Below, piece after piece: positions 49,278 to 62,783 of a stretch of 64,000 bases of DNA. This DNA is from Vermamoeba vermiformis (lineage: Eukaryota): assembly GCA_045837725.1 (NCBI GenBank), contig JBEWZL010000076.1, positions 124,001-188,000 on the forward strand, read 5' to 3'. Within the stretch, counting starts at the first letter, position 1. Each line of letters opens with the position of its first letter. A program made the translations under genes and the position numbers. The notes beneath the pieces are model-generated. The model ran no database searches and had not been told where the DNA came from. It worked only from the letters and a program-made list of their open reading frames with translations.

Positions 49278-51084
49278 TTGTGTAAATCTCTTGGCCTTTA
49301 GTGCGCTGCGTTTAAAATAGTCGCCAATATTGGACGACAGTCGCACACGGAGGAAAAACATTTCACACGATGTGCACCGGTGTGTCACAAGTCGGGAGAA
49401 TCAACGCGATTTCCCTTACATAAATCTAACCCTAATTAACGCTAATTAATACGTGTATAAATGCAACATGACCCTTTTGATATCAAAGTCGAATCTCTGT
49501 TGGGCTCGAACGTCAATACGCGCACTATTTTTGGCACACGCCCGAGCAAACCCTATTTCTGTCCTCGCAGAGTTTATTCGGCCAAAAGCGTCAAACTGAT
49601 TTAGTCGGGATATTTTACTTACTTATCTTAATAATAGACTGAGTATTAAGCTGTCTATGGCCAAGGACTCCAGTTGCGAGTAAACATCCCATCAGATCCC
49701 AATTCCTCACGCCGTAGTTGCATTTAAATAGTCTAAGATTAACAAACCTAGCGTATAAAGTTAATAGATTGAATTTGTCGAGCACTACAAAGGTGCGAAT
49801 CCGACAAAATTTTGTGGCTTACTTTTTACTACGGTAGGACCTATTCCATTAGCAACTATTAACGTTGTTATATTCCCATTAACGATATGATTTTTGTGCA
49901 ATAAGGTGTTGAACACGTGTCCATCTCCTCTGAATTCGTGTAGAGGCAGTATAGCGCCAAGTAATTGATACCTAAAATTTGCCATTTTTTTCAATTCATA
50001 AATTGCCGTCGCTACTCGCTTGATATTCGACTTCCTAAAATTTAAATAATTTAGCAAATATTTTCCTTGGCGCGTTTTTTTGAAATCATCTTTCATACGC
50101 AAGAAAGAAACAAATAAATAATGTTCAGAATAATATAATAGCAATTTTACCTATTTGTCGAAGACTTGATGGTGGGATAGTTGGTTTCGTCGATCCCGCA
50201 TTACTCGTGTACGAGTGAGGCCGCAGTTCATTGTGGTGAGCATGCACTCGATCTTCTTTCGTGTAGGGAGGTGCCTAATAATTTTATTGGTCGCTTTTTG
50301 ACCAATGGCGTAATAGTCTTTAATCCAAAAATGGAAGGGCATCTGTCTCTAGGGGCAAATCGAGGTCCTTGCCGTGCACTGTGTATTCTAATGTTTATTC
50401 TTCTGCCTCCCGCAAACGGCAGCACAAAATAGTGCTTTTGAACGATTTGAGCTTCGATCTGGATAAAACAAACACAGCGTTGTTGCAGAAGATTCAATTG
50501 CCTAAATGTGGTCGACCTATAAGCTTGAACGAGATTTCGCCATCAAATGCATACAGTCTGCACTTCAATCGCGGAAAAGAGCCCCGCAAGATCTGATCCG
50601 TGTGGATCTGCCCAGCGCCAAAGAGCGCCAAAGGGCCTCTACGGAAACCTTGTGTTTTGGTATGGTATTCCCTCTAGAATATGCGAGATCCATGACTACA
50701 CTCTACTACATTCGCAGATCAACACGGATTTACCATCTCTGAAATTCCTATCTACTTAGCCGAAAAACCCCAACAAGGGACCCGAAGTCAATATTCAATA
50801 AAGTGAGTTTCACGTGCTTGCTGAATTAAAACTACACTACAAACAAAGTTTCTATAATTTCCAAACGGACCAATAAAAATGAATCACAATAAAACGACCA
50901 AGTAGGGTAAAATAGCCAATAGGAGCGTTCGCTCGCACCCTATCTTTCGTGTCCGTTACATGACTTCCTCAACTTCGCCGTTTTTATCTTTACAGTAGTA
51001 GTGAAAATACTGTTCGTTTGCGTGACGTTGCAGAGTTTTTTTAGTAACGAGAAACACCAGCCTTATTTATATATTATAGATTTA

Positions 51085-52976
51085 ATGGGTAACGGTAACG
51101 CCAAACAAGCTGAAGCAGCGAACGAGGACGTGCACAATCAGATTCGCAAAAAGAAACCGAGCTACCAGGAAGAACCCGAAGATTATCCAACTGCATCGAC
51201 AAACTATAAATATAAAGATGTTAGAATGCCTTACAGAACTGAAGTTCTCGAAATAAGCGAGGTAAAATCAAATAAAATGGTGTAATTTTTCTTTAATTAT
51301 TAAACGTCAAAAATATTGATGCTGAAATTAATTAAAAATAGGAGGAAGAAAAAATAATTAGAAATTGGCTCGAGTTATCAAAACAAAATCGCGACACGCA
51401 AGTTGTCCCACCAGTTCCAGCTTGGAACGCTCAAAATCCAACTAAAACTAAAATCATATTCGATACAGGTAATTAATAAGAGTAATTAATGCTATGATTT
51501 AGTAAACCGTTTCATTTTTAGATATTGGAACGGATGTCGACGATTCCTTAGCCTTGTTAATGTTACTACATTGTCCTGAGACGGATTTCGAGCTCCTTGG
51601 AATTACTACGGTATTGTATACTCTAAATTTACTTTAAATCCTTTAGCTGAATCGTTCTTGTTAACCGATCTGAAATTTCTGCTTTTTTTTTAGGCGTACG
51701 GCCATACTTATCTCCGAGCGAAGATCACCGAGATGATTATAGAAGGATTTAAACGAGGACCTAACGCGCAGAAAAATATTCTGGGGCCAGACTTTGAAGT
51801 CATCGCCGGTGATGGAATTCCGTTGGGCACTCATCGCCCGATTTGGCACACTGGCTTCGAAGGCGCAGGTCTATATGAAGATATTAAAGACATTGACGAG
51901 GTAGGCCCACGGCAGCTGCTAATATTTAATGCGGAAATTTCGTCCAAAAAAATAACGAACGTTTAGGTCGTAGCGAAATCGAAGAAATATAATGCAGAAA
52001 CAACTCACAAAGCGGCTAAATTTATCGTAGAGCAAGTGAATAAGTATCCTGGTGAGGTAGTAGTGCTGAGTCTAGGCGCTATGACCAATGTAGCGACTGC
52101 GCTTAACCTGGATCCGACTCTCGTTACAAAAATTAAAGTAAGCCGTCCTAACGTACTCTTTCAGTACGCATAATACATCATTTATTCATCTTCTATTTAA
52201 ATAATAATCTATAATTTCTTAGCAAGTGGTATTTATGGGCATGGGCAATCGAATGAAAGCTGAACAAGCCAAGACATTTGAATGGACCTCACCCGAAGAA
52301 CCGATCGCGCCTGAAAAAGTGTTCTATTATTATCCTAATCACAATATATCGAGCGACACGTTGGGTTGCGCGCAAGTGTTCAGATCCGGTGTCAAAATTA
52401 CTGTCGTTAATGATACTGTCACCAACAAGCTTTGGTTTGAAGGACCTGCTTGTGATGAGCTTAGATATGTAAGTATAATCTATTTTTATGGGTCCAGTGT
52501 TGAAGAAACGGATCTGACCTTAGAATTTCCTAATTAGGCAACTGAACCTGCCGAAGCAGAAGTCGTAGGCAAGCTTTTATTTGTATGGCTCCATTATCGT
52601 AGCAGTATATTTTATCGCGACGTTAATGGTACTTGCCCACACGATCCGCTCACAACTGCAGAGGCACTTTATCCAGGTACGATGCACACGCGAAGCTACA
52701 ATAGGAACGTAATATTAATTTCTTAGAACGATTTGTCGAGTACGTACAAGGTCATCTAATGATCCACGAATGGGCTGGATTTCCAACGTTTGGTAAGTTC
52801 GGCAAACGTAATTAAACGGATCGCGTACTGACCTTGTTTTGAAAGTTGTGGATCCGTTAGGCCCTCATAGAATAGGTGTAGGCATTAAACGCGACGAATT
52901 TTTAGAGTTTTTAGCGGAGAAGTTGAGGCCTACTGCTTTTAAACCAAAACCAGAGAAGAAAAACAACGAGGAATAG
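51085..52976 (+). CDS. Inosine/uridine-preferring nucleoside hydrolase family protein with N-terminal extension
   Basis: KIIFDT|DIGTDVDDSLAL (Asp cluster), LLGITT, LSLGAMTNVATAL, VVFMG, NHNISSD, HDPLT; begins MGNGNAK. Confidence 0.88.
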
Positions 52977-53091
52977 ATCCACCTTGTAGAGTAAACGACA
53001 AAATTTCGAAAACCTATACTAGTATTATTTGTTATGCGGTCAAGACGAAGTACGAGATGGCTTGACTCTTTAATGCCCGCTCTTTACTTTC

Positions 53092-56000
53092 TTAATAGAC
53101 TTTCATGCGTTGCTCGACGCGATCCTGTTAGTCAGGTCCGTAATTCGTTATTTATATGGATTTGTACATTTTTAGGGCTATAACACGAGGGCATTTTCTT
53201 TTTGGGTCAATGAGAAAAGTTTACCTTGAAAAGGTTTTTGTAACGTTGGATCGACTGCGTAGTAATCGAGGGAATGAATGAAGACAACACCTTTTCAAAG
53301 GATGATGCTTGTATAGCCTATTGAAATGCTAGATGAGACTATGGCCGCTCAAAAAATCTTATTCGATCTGGATGTTACCTGACAATTTGGATCTGCTTGT
53401 ATTGCCTCCAAGCCAGCTTTCATGCATACACTATCTATATCCGCACCGGTACAGTTCTGCGTCATATTTACAAGCCTCTCAACAAACTTGTCGCTTCGTA
53501 CTTCATCGCTGACTTTCATCGTTTTGAAGTGCGCCAAAAATATTGCCTTTCGAGCCTCCTAAATTTAATATTAGCAACAATACTACCAGAAACATTATGC
53601 TATATTACGTTGTCTGGAGGCGGCACGTAAACTAATCGTTCAAATCGGCCAGGTCTCAAAAAACTTTTGTCGATGTATTCGGGGAAATTTGTAGCGGCAA
53701 TTACAATGACTGAAGGCACTGAAGAGTCTTTATCTGCGTGTAAATTATCGAGTTCTAATGAGAGTTGTGCGATTAACTGTAACGAAAACCCTGGTTAGCA
53801 ATTGCTTCGTGACTAGTCGATCGACCGCATCTGCATCCGCTTACGTTTTTTCCGAAAGTTCCAGCAGAATCTCTGTTACTAAACAAAGCTTCTATTTCAT
53901 CAAAGAATATGACCGAAGGACTCGCCCGCTTTGCGACTCTGAATATTTCGGCGATTGTTTTCTCTGACTCACCAACCTAGACCATTGTGTTGTTAATAAG
54001 CTTATTTTAATTATATTATGTAAATAGCTAATCTTACCTCCGATTTGACAATTTCAGAAATATTTACAGAAATGAAGTTCGTTGCCGACTGCGAGGCCAC
54101 GCACTTAGCCAACATTGTCTTGCCGGTACCAGGCGGCCCATAGCTTCATATAGAGTTAATATAGCTCAATTATTATGGACTAGAAGCTTACAGTAATATT
54201 CCGCGGACCGGATCTATGCCTAATTGTTTGAACGATGCGGAGTGTTGGTAGATCCAAACAGTCATTTGCTGAAGTTGTTTCTAAGAAATCAAAGAGTTAG
54301 CATACCTATACTCTATTATATACAATTTTAATTATACCTTAATATCTTCGAGTCCACCAATGTCGTCCCAAGTTACATCAGGCACTTGAGGGCTGACTTG
54401 TTGGACCGATTGAGGCTTCACAGAACGCTTTGCCAATTCGATATCATCTATTAATATATTGACCTCGCCTATTATAACGAATATTAATATATGTTATTTC
54501 ATATTGATTATTACGGACCTTCCTGGCGGTTATCGTAATGACTGGTGATGAAGCGTTCCAACGCAACACGTTTGGCAAATGAGGCCAGAGTAACTAAATC
54601 TGAGCCTGAATAGCCAAACAGAGACCTACTAAGGGACGACAGTATTGTCTCTTTTTCATCAGTGGTCGCGTGCGGGCTTCGTTTGATCGACAACCCTTCA
54701 AAATTTTGCAACAAGATCTCCTTTCGTTGACTTTCAGTCGGTACACTCAACGCGATTTCACTCTGAAAACACACATTAGTAATCTACTAAAGACTATGTA
54801 ATATGATTGCACGTACTTCGAAGCACTTTCGAACGGTGATGTCGAGTGATTCAATTCGGCTCGTTATTCCAATCACAAGCACTTGTACTTTGAAGTTGAT
54901 GGATTGCATCTCGTGCGTGAATTGGTTCAAAAACTGTTTGGCACTATCTAACGTCGAAAACTTGTCGTCTTCAGTCAGCAACACATCGATGTCGTCAAAC
55001 AGCACTTGGATGTGGATGTGGTTCAGTTAGTCAAGTCTTATGTGCCTTATAATACTTACATATCGCTGGCTGGCGTTTAATAGCACGTTCAAACATGATT
55101 TTCATCGCTCCAACACTGCTTTGCTCCGTGTACAAAGCGAGCAAACTGACCGAATCCACTGAAATTACCTGATCATATTGTCTATTAGTAAATATTATAA
55201 CAAAATAATTATAATGTACTTACTTCTATGCCGGCATCTACAGCCAAATTCTTAACAAGAGAGCTTTTTCCAACACCACTAGGTCCGTGGATCAAGATCT
55301 TTTGCGCGGGTTTCATTTCCCAGTGCGGGATGCTTAGCGTCAAATTGAACGCTATAGACAGCGCCAAACTATCATAAGGTGCATTTAATACCTCCATAAA
55401 TAAGCTATTTTAAATATAAAATAATAATAAAGGTATCGTACGTACCTCTCTACGGTATTGCGATCGTAAGTTTTGAACTTGTCGAAGTTAATCTTGTTAG
55501 CGCGCTGCGTGGGCAAAGGAGCTCCATAAGGCTTGATAATGATCTTGGTATTCTCAGTAATAAGGCCATATGACTCCCACTTGAGTTCTGAAGGACGAAA
55601 GTTAAGATCCGTATCAACGATTGGCTAGCCGTTACCCTCAACATGCTCGCTATGATCTTCGTTATAAATGTGACCGTTGTCTCCTTTTGAACAATAGCAC
55701 TTGTATTTGCGATCAAACCCATCGCGGTGACGCAACTGAACGACGGATTCATTGGAGACGGCCAGATCTTCAAGCTGCTTGACGCAATATAATGAAGAAG
55801 GGTATGAAAACTCTTTGGCTGGATTGTCATCGACGAGATATAAATACAGCACGTCCCAGCTCTTGAGGAAATGAAGGGGTGCTAATTCGAACTGGATCTG
55901 CAACAGAGTATTTTTGAAATTAATATCGTACATTGATATAATAGATAATATGCATTATCTGCGTATTTATGATAACAATTACCTTTTGGCCCTCTTCTAA

Positions 56001-56388
56001 ATTGAAAAATCGAAGGGTGGATCCCGAGAAGTAGAGAGGGATAGCTTCTTTCTTCTTATTTTCGGTAGTATGAATTTTAAATGAATATGTTTCTAATGTT
56101 TCATCACTCGATAACAAAAACAGCGTCCTGGATGGTCCTGTAGATCCAATTAATTTCTCAAACAAATTGCAAAATTGTTTAAATAATAAATTTTGGCGGC
56201 ATTATAGCACTAGAATTCATATCTAATAAGAATATCGTGGTTGGATACTTGCCTTCGTTAATTAAGCGGATGAAGTAGATCTGATCGTCCTCAATTAATG
56301 TCTTATAATCGGCAAAGGAGGCTACAACGAAGTTTCCCTCTCCGTAATTATTGAACGAATAGGAACTCTTGCACACCAACCCTTGCAT
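53092..56388 (-). CDS. Type II (double) AAA+ ATPase, CDC48/AFG2(SPATA5)-like; exact subfamily and start codon uncertain
   Basis: D1 HGPSGVGKS with VLFDDID; D2 [59 protein letters not shown]. Confidence 0.85.
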
Positions 56389-56764
56389 GGTCTCTAGATC
56401 CTCAGTAAAAAAAATACCGCTCAAGTTTCAAGCTTGACATGAACAGACTCGTAAGCTTCGGCTGAGAACGAGTTATTAATCGTGTATTAACGGTCATCTG
56501 CATTTAAAGTACCGAAGGAACGAGATTTGGAATGAAGATCGAATCTGCCTTGATTTTCATTCTGCCTCGTGCCTTTCGGTTGGTACGTTGCTCATGAGTG
56601 TAATAATATGCATTGAGCTTATTCAAATTGTTCTTTAAATTCCAGAGTGGTGTGCTGTCCGTTTGTCTTATTTTTGATCTGCAGACGATACCACAGCTCG
56701 ATCAGCTTTAACAACAACAGCTTACATTAAGACCTTAGTTCTATAACAACAGTATATATACACA

Positions 56765-59053
56765 ATGGCTTCAAGCGCTAAACAATCATCTGCTAGACGT
56801 GTTGGCGAGACTCTTTCTAGAATGGAGAGTGCCAAGCAACACGACGTCCGCACATCAAATATTTTGGCTGGTAAAGGTTAGTATTATACTGTATTAACAA
56901 ATATACGATTATTAATTTTTTAGGGAATTATTGAAGCAAATAATTAATTTTTGAAAATTATTCGTATCCAGATACATTCTCTAAATTAATATTTATCATC
57001 GTATAGCTATTGCCGATACTATTAGAACTAGCTTGGGTCCTCGTGGTATGGATAAAATGGTATGGAAGACAAATTATAGTCGATCTGGCAAATCAGATTC
57101 AACGCTACTTTCACCTTGAAGGCTCAATTTGCTATAATAATTATCAAAAATGAACCCACCACTATTTTGCAAATAATATAGACGTTATTCTGATATCTTA
57201 ACTAATTATTTTGTTGGATGTAACAGATCACCAACAGCGGAGGCGAAGTTGTTATTACAAACGACGGTGCCACAATTTTGAAACAGATGGAAGTCACTCA
57301 CCCTGCAGCTAAGATGGTAAGCAAATGCAATTAAATCGATACGCGATCTACCTTCAGACAACTCAAACAATATTGTAGTTGGTTGATTTGGCTCACGCTC
57401 AAGACGTTGAAGCTGGAGACGGTACAACAACTGTTACTGTCTTGGCTGGATCTTTCCTGAACGCTTGCCAGACCTTGTTGGAGAAGAACATTCACCCCAC
57501 TATCATCGCCAACAGTTTTTACAGAGCCTCTCAATTCGTAAGTAATCTTTGCATTTATTTTTGGGCACGTGCTTGGCGTCTGTGACATGTTTTTCCACGA
57601 GTCACGTGCTTATTTCCTCATTTAGGCCGTCAACACCTTGCGACACATGGCTTTGCCCGTGAAATTGACCGACCGCGAGTCATTGTTGAACAGCGCCAAG
57701 ACCTCGTTGAACTCAAAGGTCGTCTCTCAATACTCCAGTCTCTTGGCTCCTATCGCTGTTGACGCCGTTTTGCGCGTGATTGACCCCGCCACTGCCACCA
57801 ACGTCGACTTGAACGACATTAAGGTCGTCAAGAAGTTGGGCGGTACTGTCGATGACACTACTATGATCGAGGGTCTTGTCTTCACACAAGGTGCTTCTCA
57901 CGCTGCTGGTGGTCCTGGTCGCGTCGAAAAGGCCAAGATTGGTTTGATTCAGTTCCAATTGTCTGCCCCTAAGACCAACGTAAGTACCTTTTGAATACTC
58001 AAATCTCGAACAGACACTAATCTGGTTCATTAGTTGGACAACAGCGTCGTCATCACTGATTACGCTCAAATGGACAGAGTCTTGCGTGATGAGAGACAAT
58101 ATATTTTGAACTTGTGCAAGCAAATCAAGGCTGCTGGCTGCAACGTCCTTTTGATCCAAAAATCTATCCTCCGTGACGCCGTCAACGAGTTGTCATTGCA
58201 CTTCTTGGCCAAGCTCGGCATTATGGTCATCAGAGACGTTGAAAGAGACGAAATTGAGTTCATTAGCAAGACCATTGGTGCTATTCCTATTGCTTCTATT
58301 GAGGCCTTCTCTGCTGCCAAGCTCGGTACCGCAGACTTGGTTGAAGAAGTCTCCACCAACGAGGGCAAGATCGTCAAGGTAAGCTCTTCGTGTTACTGTT
58401 ATCTTGCGTGTCACTAACGTCCCGTTGTTAGATCACTGGTGTTCCTCGTGTCGGCAAGACTGTCAGTGTGCTCGTTAGAGGTTCAAACAAATTGATGTTG
58501 GACGAAGCCGAACGATCTTTGCACGACGCTTTGGCCGTTGTTCGTTCGATTGTCAAGGAAAAGTACGTACAGCACGGTTACCAATTAAGGAAAGTTTATG
58601 ACTAACGCGATCTCCCCACAGGCACTTGATTGTCGGTGGTGGTGCTCCTGAAATCGAAGTTGCCATCCAATTGGAGAAGCACGCCAACACTTTGTCTGGT
58701 TTGGAGCCTTACTGCTTCCGTGCCTATGCTGATGCTTTGGAGGTTGTGCCTTACACTCTTGCTGAAAATGCCGGTCTGAATCCGATCAGCATCGTCACTG
58801 AACTTAGAAACAAGCACGAGAACGGCGAGAAGACTGCCGGAATTAACGTTAAGAAGGTATGTATATTCATATAACGATAGGAGTGGTCAAGCAAGTGCAC
58901 GATCTGATCTGGATGTGTTTTTAGGGAACTATTTCTGACATGGTCAAAGAAAATGTTATTCAGCCTTTGTTGGTCTCTACCAGCGCCTTCAAGTTGGCTA
59001 CCGAGACTGTTTGTATGATATTGAAGATCGACGATATCGTCAAGACCCGTTAA
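56765..59053 (+). CDS. CCT4: T-complex protein 1 subunit delta (CCT chaperonin)
   Basis: [47 protein letters not shown], delta-type [23 protein letters not shown]. Confidence 0.95.
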
Positions 59054-59394
59054 GATATTTTGACGATCTTGATCTCGATCCAGAGCTTCATAGGACGAAG
59101 TCTGAGTTCTTTCATTGCTTGCCATAATACCAAAAAAATTAATAAAAGATTAAATTCCTAATTCGGTCCCGTGTGTCGTCCGGTCAAATCTTTTCACTTA
59201 ACCACAAATTGCCAACGAATTACATTTACCCTATTTATTACATGATTGATCAACACCAAAGTTGTAATTTATATATTATGAATAACCTCTCCTAGCTGCC
59301 ACTCGTTTCGAAAAGAGATTCTACGAGAGATTTTGTATCACAGCATTACCTTTAAAATACCAATACCGAATAATTTTTATTTGGTCAATCTCGC

Positions 59395-62300
59395 ATGGAT
59401 AAAATACAAGAATTAACAGGTAAATATAGATCTTTTGTGTAATATTTTTGATTAGTTCTGATCTTATTCTTAGTTGGGCAACCAATTCGTGCTCGTAATT
59501 CAAAAGGAGAATGGAGCGATGGAACTATAGTCACTATTAGTAATTCAAAATACACGATTAGATGGAACGATAATAATACAGAAGAAGAAATTACACCAGA
59601 TGCGATCAATAGCGGTAGGTATCTCGTAATTTAATCAACTTTGTAAATTCAGTATATTGATGAATTAATATATTTTTTGAACACCATTAAAGCGGTTATC
59701 TGATTAATACTTCAGGCCGGGCTTCTGCCAAGTGGATTCCCTTTACGTCAACGTCTACAGCCACCACACGCAGAAGATTTAGTACAGAGGCATCTCCACC
59801 TGTATTTGGCACATATAGGAGCTCTAAACAATATTCCCCAGTTGATTTGAGTATAGAAGAATCGGCTCACATTTCCAGTTCCGAACAAACACCGACTTCA
59901 CCAAGATCTGCCGCTGAAAATCAAAGCAGTGCCTCTAGCAATAATTCAGAGCCGACATCAGTTTCATCAATATCAACTAGTGAAAATTCAGCTAAATCAC
60001 CTCGTGCGACAGATCAAACCGTTAAAAAGAAAACTAGCAGCAAGCGATTAAAGCCTACAAAAGTTACCGCTGACACGGAGAAAAATAGTACTGTTAATAT
60101 AGAAGGCAATAAGACAACAGAAGTCGATACAAAAGATAAACCAACGGCAGATCTTCCTTCAACGGATGTGTCTGAGCCAACACCGAAGGATAAATCAGTT
60201 AAGCGCTCATCATCGAAGAGAAATTCTGGTAAAAGGAAAGACGGAATTACACGCGGCGAAAGTAAAGTTAAAGGAACGGATGCCGTGACACCTGCGACAG
60301 CTGAAGTTGACAGCCCAAAAACAGAACCAAAAGTTGAATCAAAACCGAAGAAAAATGACAGCAGCGTTGCAAAGGGCGAGTCAAAAGTTAAGATTAAACT
60401 GCCCGTAGAAAATATAGACAACGAAGTGAAATCTCCGAAGGGCGATAAACCCCCAAAGTCACCAAAATCAAGCAGAAAAACAACGTTAGACGAATCAGGA
60501 AGCAGCAAAAGTGGATCAAAATCTCCACGAGACGGCGACAGCAAAGCAGAGATTAAATCTCCGAGAGGTGAAAAGGCACCCAAATCGAGCAGAAAGTCCG
60601 AAGATAAGCCATCAGCCGACCTTGAAAATTCAAGCTCGGTGGATACGAAGGACAAACAATCGAAAAGAAAGAGCGAAAAACGCAAGAGCGATAAGAGTAA
60701 AACCGAAAAGAACACAAAAGTCAAAGGTTCAGAAGGTCAAAAGACCGGAGAAGTTTTGTCACCAAGGGGCGAGACTACCAAGCAGAAGAGCCCTGATGAA
60801 AAGCGCAAGCCTTCTGGCAACAATGAAACTAAAGCGGACGTTAAAACAGAGCCCAAAGCAGACGTTAAGACCGAGATCAAAACAGATTCCAAAGTCGATG
60901 TTAAGGCCGAGGTCAAGACAGAAACAAGCGCTCAAGAGCAAGCAGAAAAGCCCGTGGAAAATGTTAAAACAGAAGAAAAACCTACCGAGACCAAGCCTGT
61001 CGTGCCCCCAGGCGCAGCCAAGCCCAAAGCAGCCGGCGCAAAGAAGCTGTTGGGACCAAAGATGCCCGTGTTGAAACCTCCTTCACAAGCGTACATTCCA
61101 CGTCCAGCTGACGAAGCATTAATTTCACCGCGCAGTGCAGCAGCGAAGAAGCAACAAGCACCATCGGAGACAGGCCCGAAATCTCCGATGACCTCGCCAC
61201 GTGATGCGCCATCAACTCCTAACCCCAAGTCACCGCCGACTTCTCCACGAGAGTCCGGTCCTGCCAAAGTTGGCGCTGCAAAACTCGCCGGGCCTTCACG
61301 AGAAGGATCACCGATGCGCGTAGCACCAGCTGGCGCAGTGAAGAAAGTTCCATCGGCTCATGTTAAAGTGGCGCTAACAGCTGATGCCAGTACGAAGCCT
61401 GAAGTGACTGTGCCTAAGGAAAGCGTTCAAGTTGATTCATCAAGTTCGACGAGTAGTTCAATGGAGATTTCGAATGTTGTCGTTAAAGTGGAAAGTAATA
61501 GTAATAGTAGCGCACAAGAGCAGCCGCTGAAGACTGATTCATCGAGCGTTTCTGGCGCGGAGCCTGAAAAAGTGCTGACAACGATTACGGTCGATGTCCC
61601 TACAGTAAGCCAAGTACTTCATTATACTAGCATTATGATACTAATCGTAATGATTTGTAGCCTACAAATGCTGAGCCAGTTGCAGAATCTGCGCCTAAAT
61701 CTCCGAGATCTCCGAAGGGAGATGTATTTGTACTGGAATGGTCGTTCAATCAAACTGAACGAAACGTGCACATGGCAGTAGGAAAGAAAGGCACGAGCGT
61801 TAATTGGCGTAATGAAGAATGGGGATTAGCAAAAGGAATTGCGCCGTTAACGAATCAAAAGCAGTTCATTGAAGTCGTTCGAGTTAAAGGCAAATCTCAA
61901 CAGTTTCAGATAGGTATATGCAAAGAAGACGTCAGGGTCGAGCAGTCTTACAAAAATTCAGTCATTTCTCCGAATATTATTCCTGGAACTTGGGTACGAA
62001 TTATTTTCATGAACGTGATGAGAATTGTGTACTGACCTACTTGCGACTAAAGGAAACCATTAAAGTTCGTAGATCTAAGGCTGGAGATGTTATAGGCTTG
62101 CTTATTGATATGCAAGAGAAAATGCTGACTTTGTTCGTCAACGGATCTCCTGAACAAGAAGCTAGTTTTGCCAACAAACACGAATGGGGAACAGTAAGGA
62201 ATCGCCTTTCACTTATACATAAATCTAATATTATATAGGCTGATCCGATAGTCAATCCGATATTCCCTTTCTTCTGCATTCACGGCGATCTCGAGCTACA

Positions 62301-62670
62301 GATCTCACCGGTGTGCCAAGTAGAAAAATATAAAGCGATTAATTGGGCTCATGGAGATAAACAGCAGTTACCTACATCTAATAGGTTCGTAATAATATAT
62401 TCAATACGGTTGTATTAATAATGATAACAGAAAAATGTCTCAAGCTACAGAATTCTTCGATGAATTGGGTCTATCGAAGTATCGCTCGTATTTAGACAAA
62501 GAAGTCGATTTGAAGACAATAACAGAGGCTGATTTGAAGAAATTGAATATTCCTCTTGTCCCTCGAAAACGAATTTTGGATGCGTTAGAAAAAGATAAAG
62601 GTACGTAGTGCCGACGTGGACACTATTAATAATACTAACATATTATAATTGTGTAGAAACGAAGAATTAA
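59395..62670 (+). CDS. Tudor/Agenet-like + long Ser/Lys/Pro-rich disordered region + SPRY-like + SAM domain protein
   Basis: LTVGQPIRARNSKGEWSDGTIV...YTIRWND (Tudor-like); FQIGI...GDVIGLLIDMQEKMLTLFVNG...IFPFF (SPRY); FFDELGLSKY...ITEADLKKLNIPLVPRKRILDAL (SAM). Confidence 0.75.
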
Positions 62671-62783
62671 CAACACAGAAATTACAAAAATGAATTAAAG
62701 TCAATTGTACAATCTGTATATAAAATATGTATTTTTATTTTACTCGCAATACAAAAACAAAGAGATTCGATTACATAGCAATA

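Noticed and set aside
51694-51708. GCGTACGGCCATACT resembles the 5' end of 5S rRNA
   Set aside because: It is the start of a nucleoside hydrolase exon (AYGHTY), and the similarity does not extend.
56424-56600. Possible extra upstream exons of the AAA ATPase (ATG at 56560 or 56595)
   Set aside because: I found no splice path that joins them in frame to the 56388 exon; treated as UTR or promoter, with the start left uncertain.
57713-59125. Antisense ORFs over CCT4
   Set aside because: Codon-bias shadows of a highly expressed gene.
60014-61267. Antisense and alternate-frame ORFs (up to 236 aa) over the low-complexity exon
   Set aside because: Expected from biased Ser/Lys/Pro codons; no domain features.
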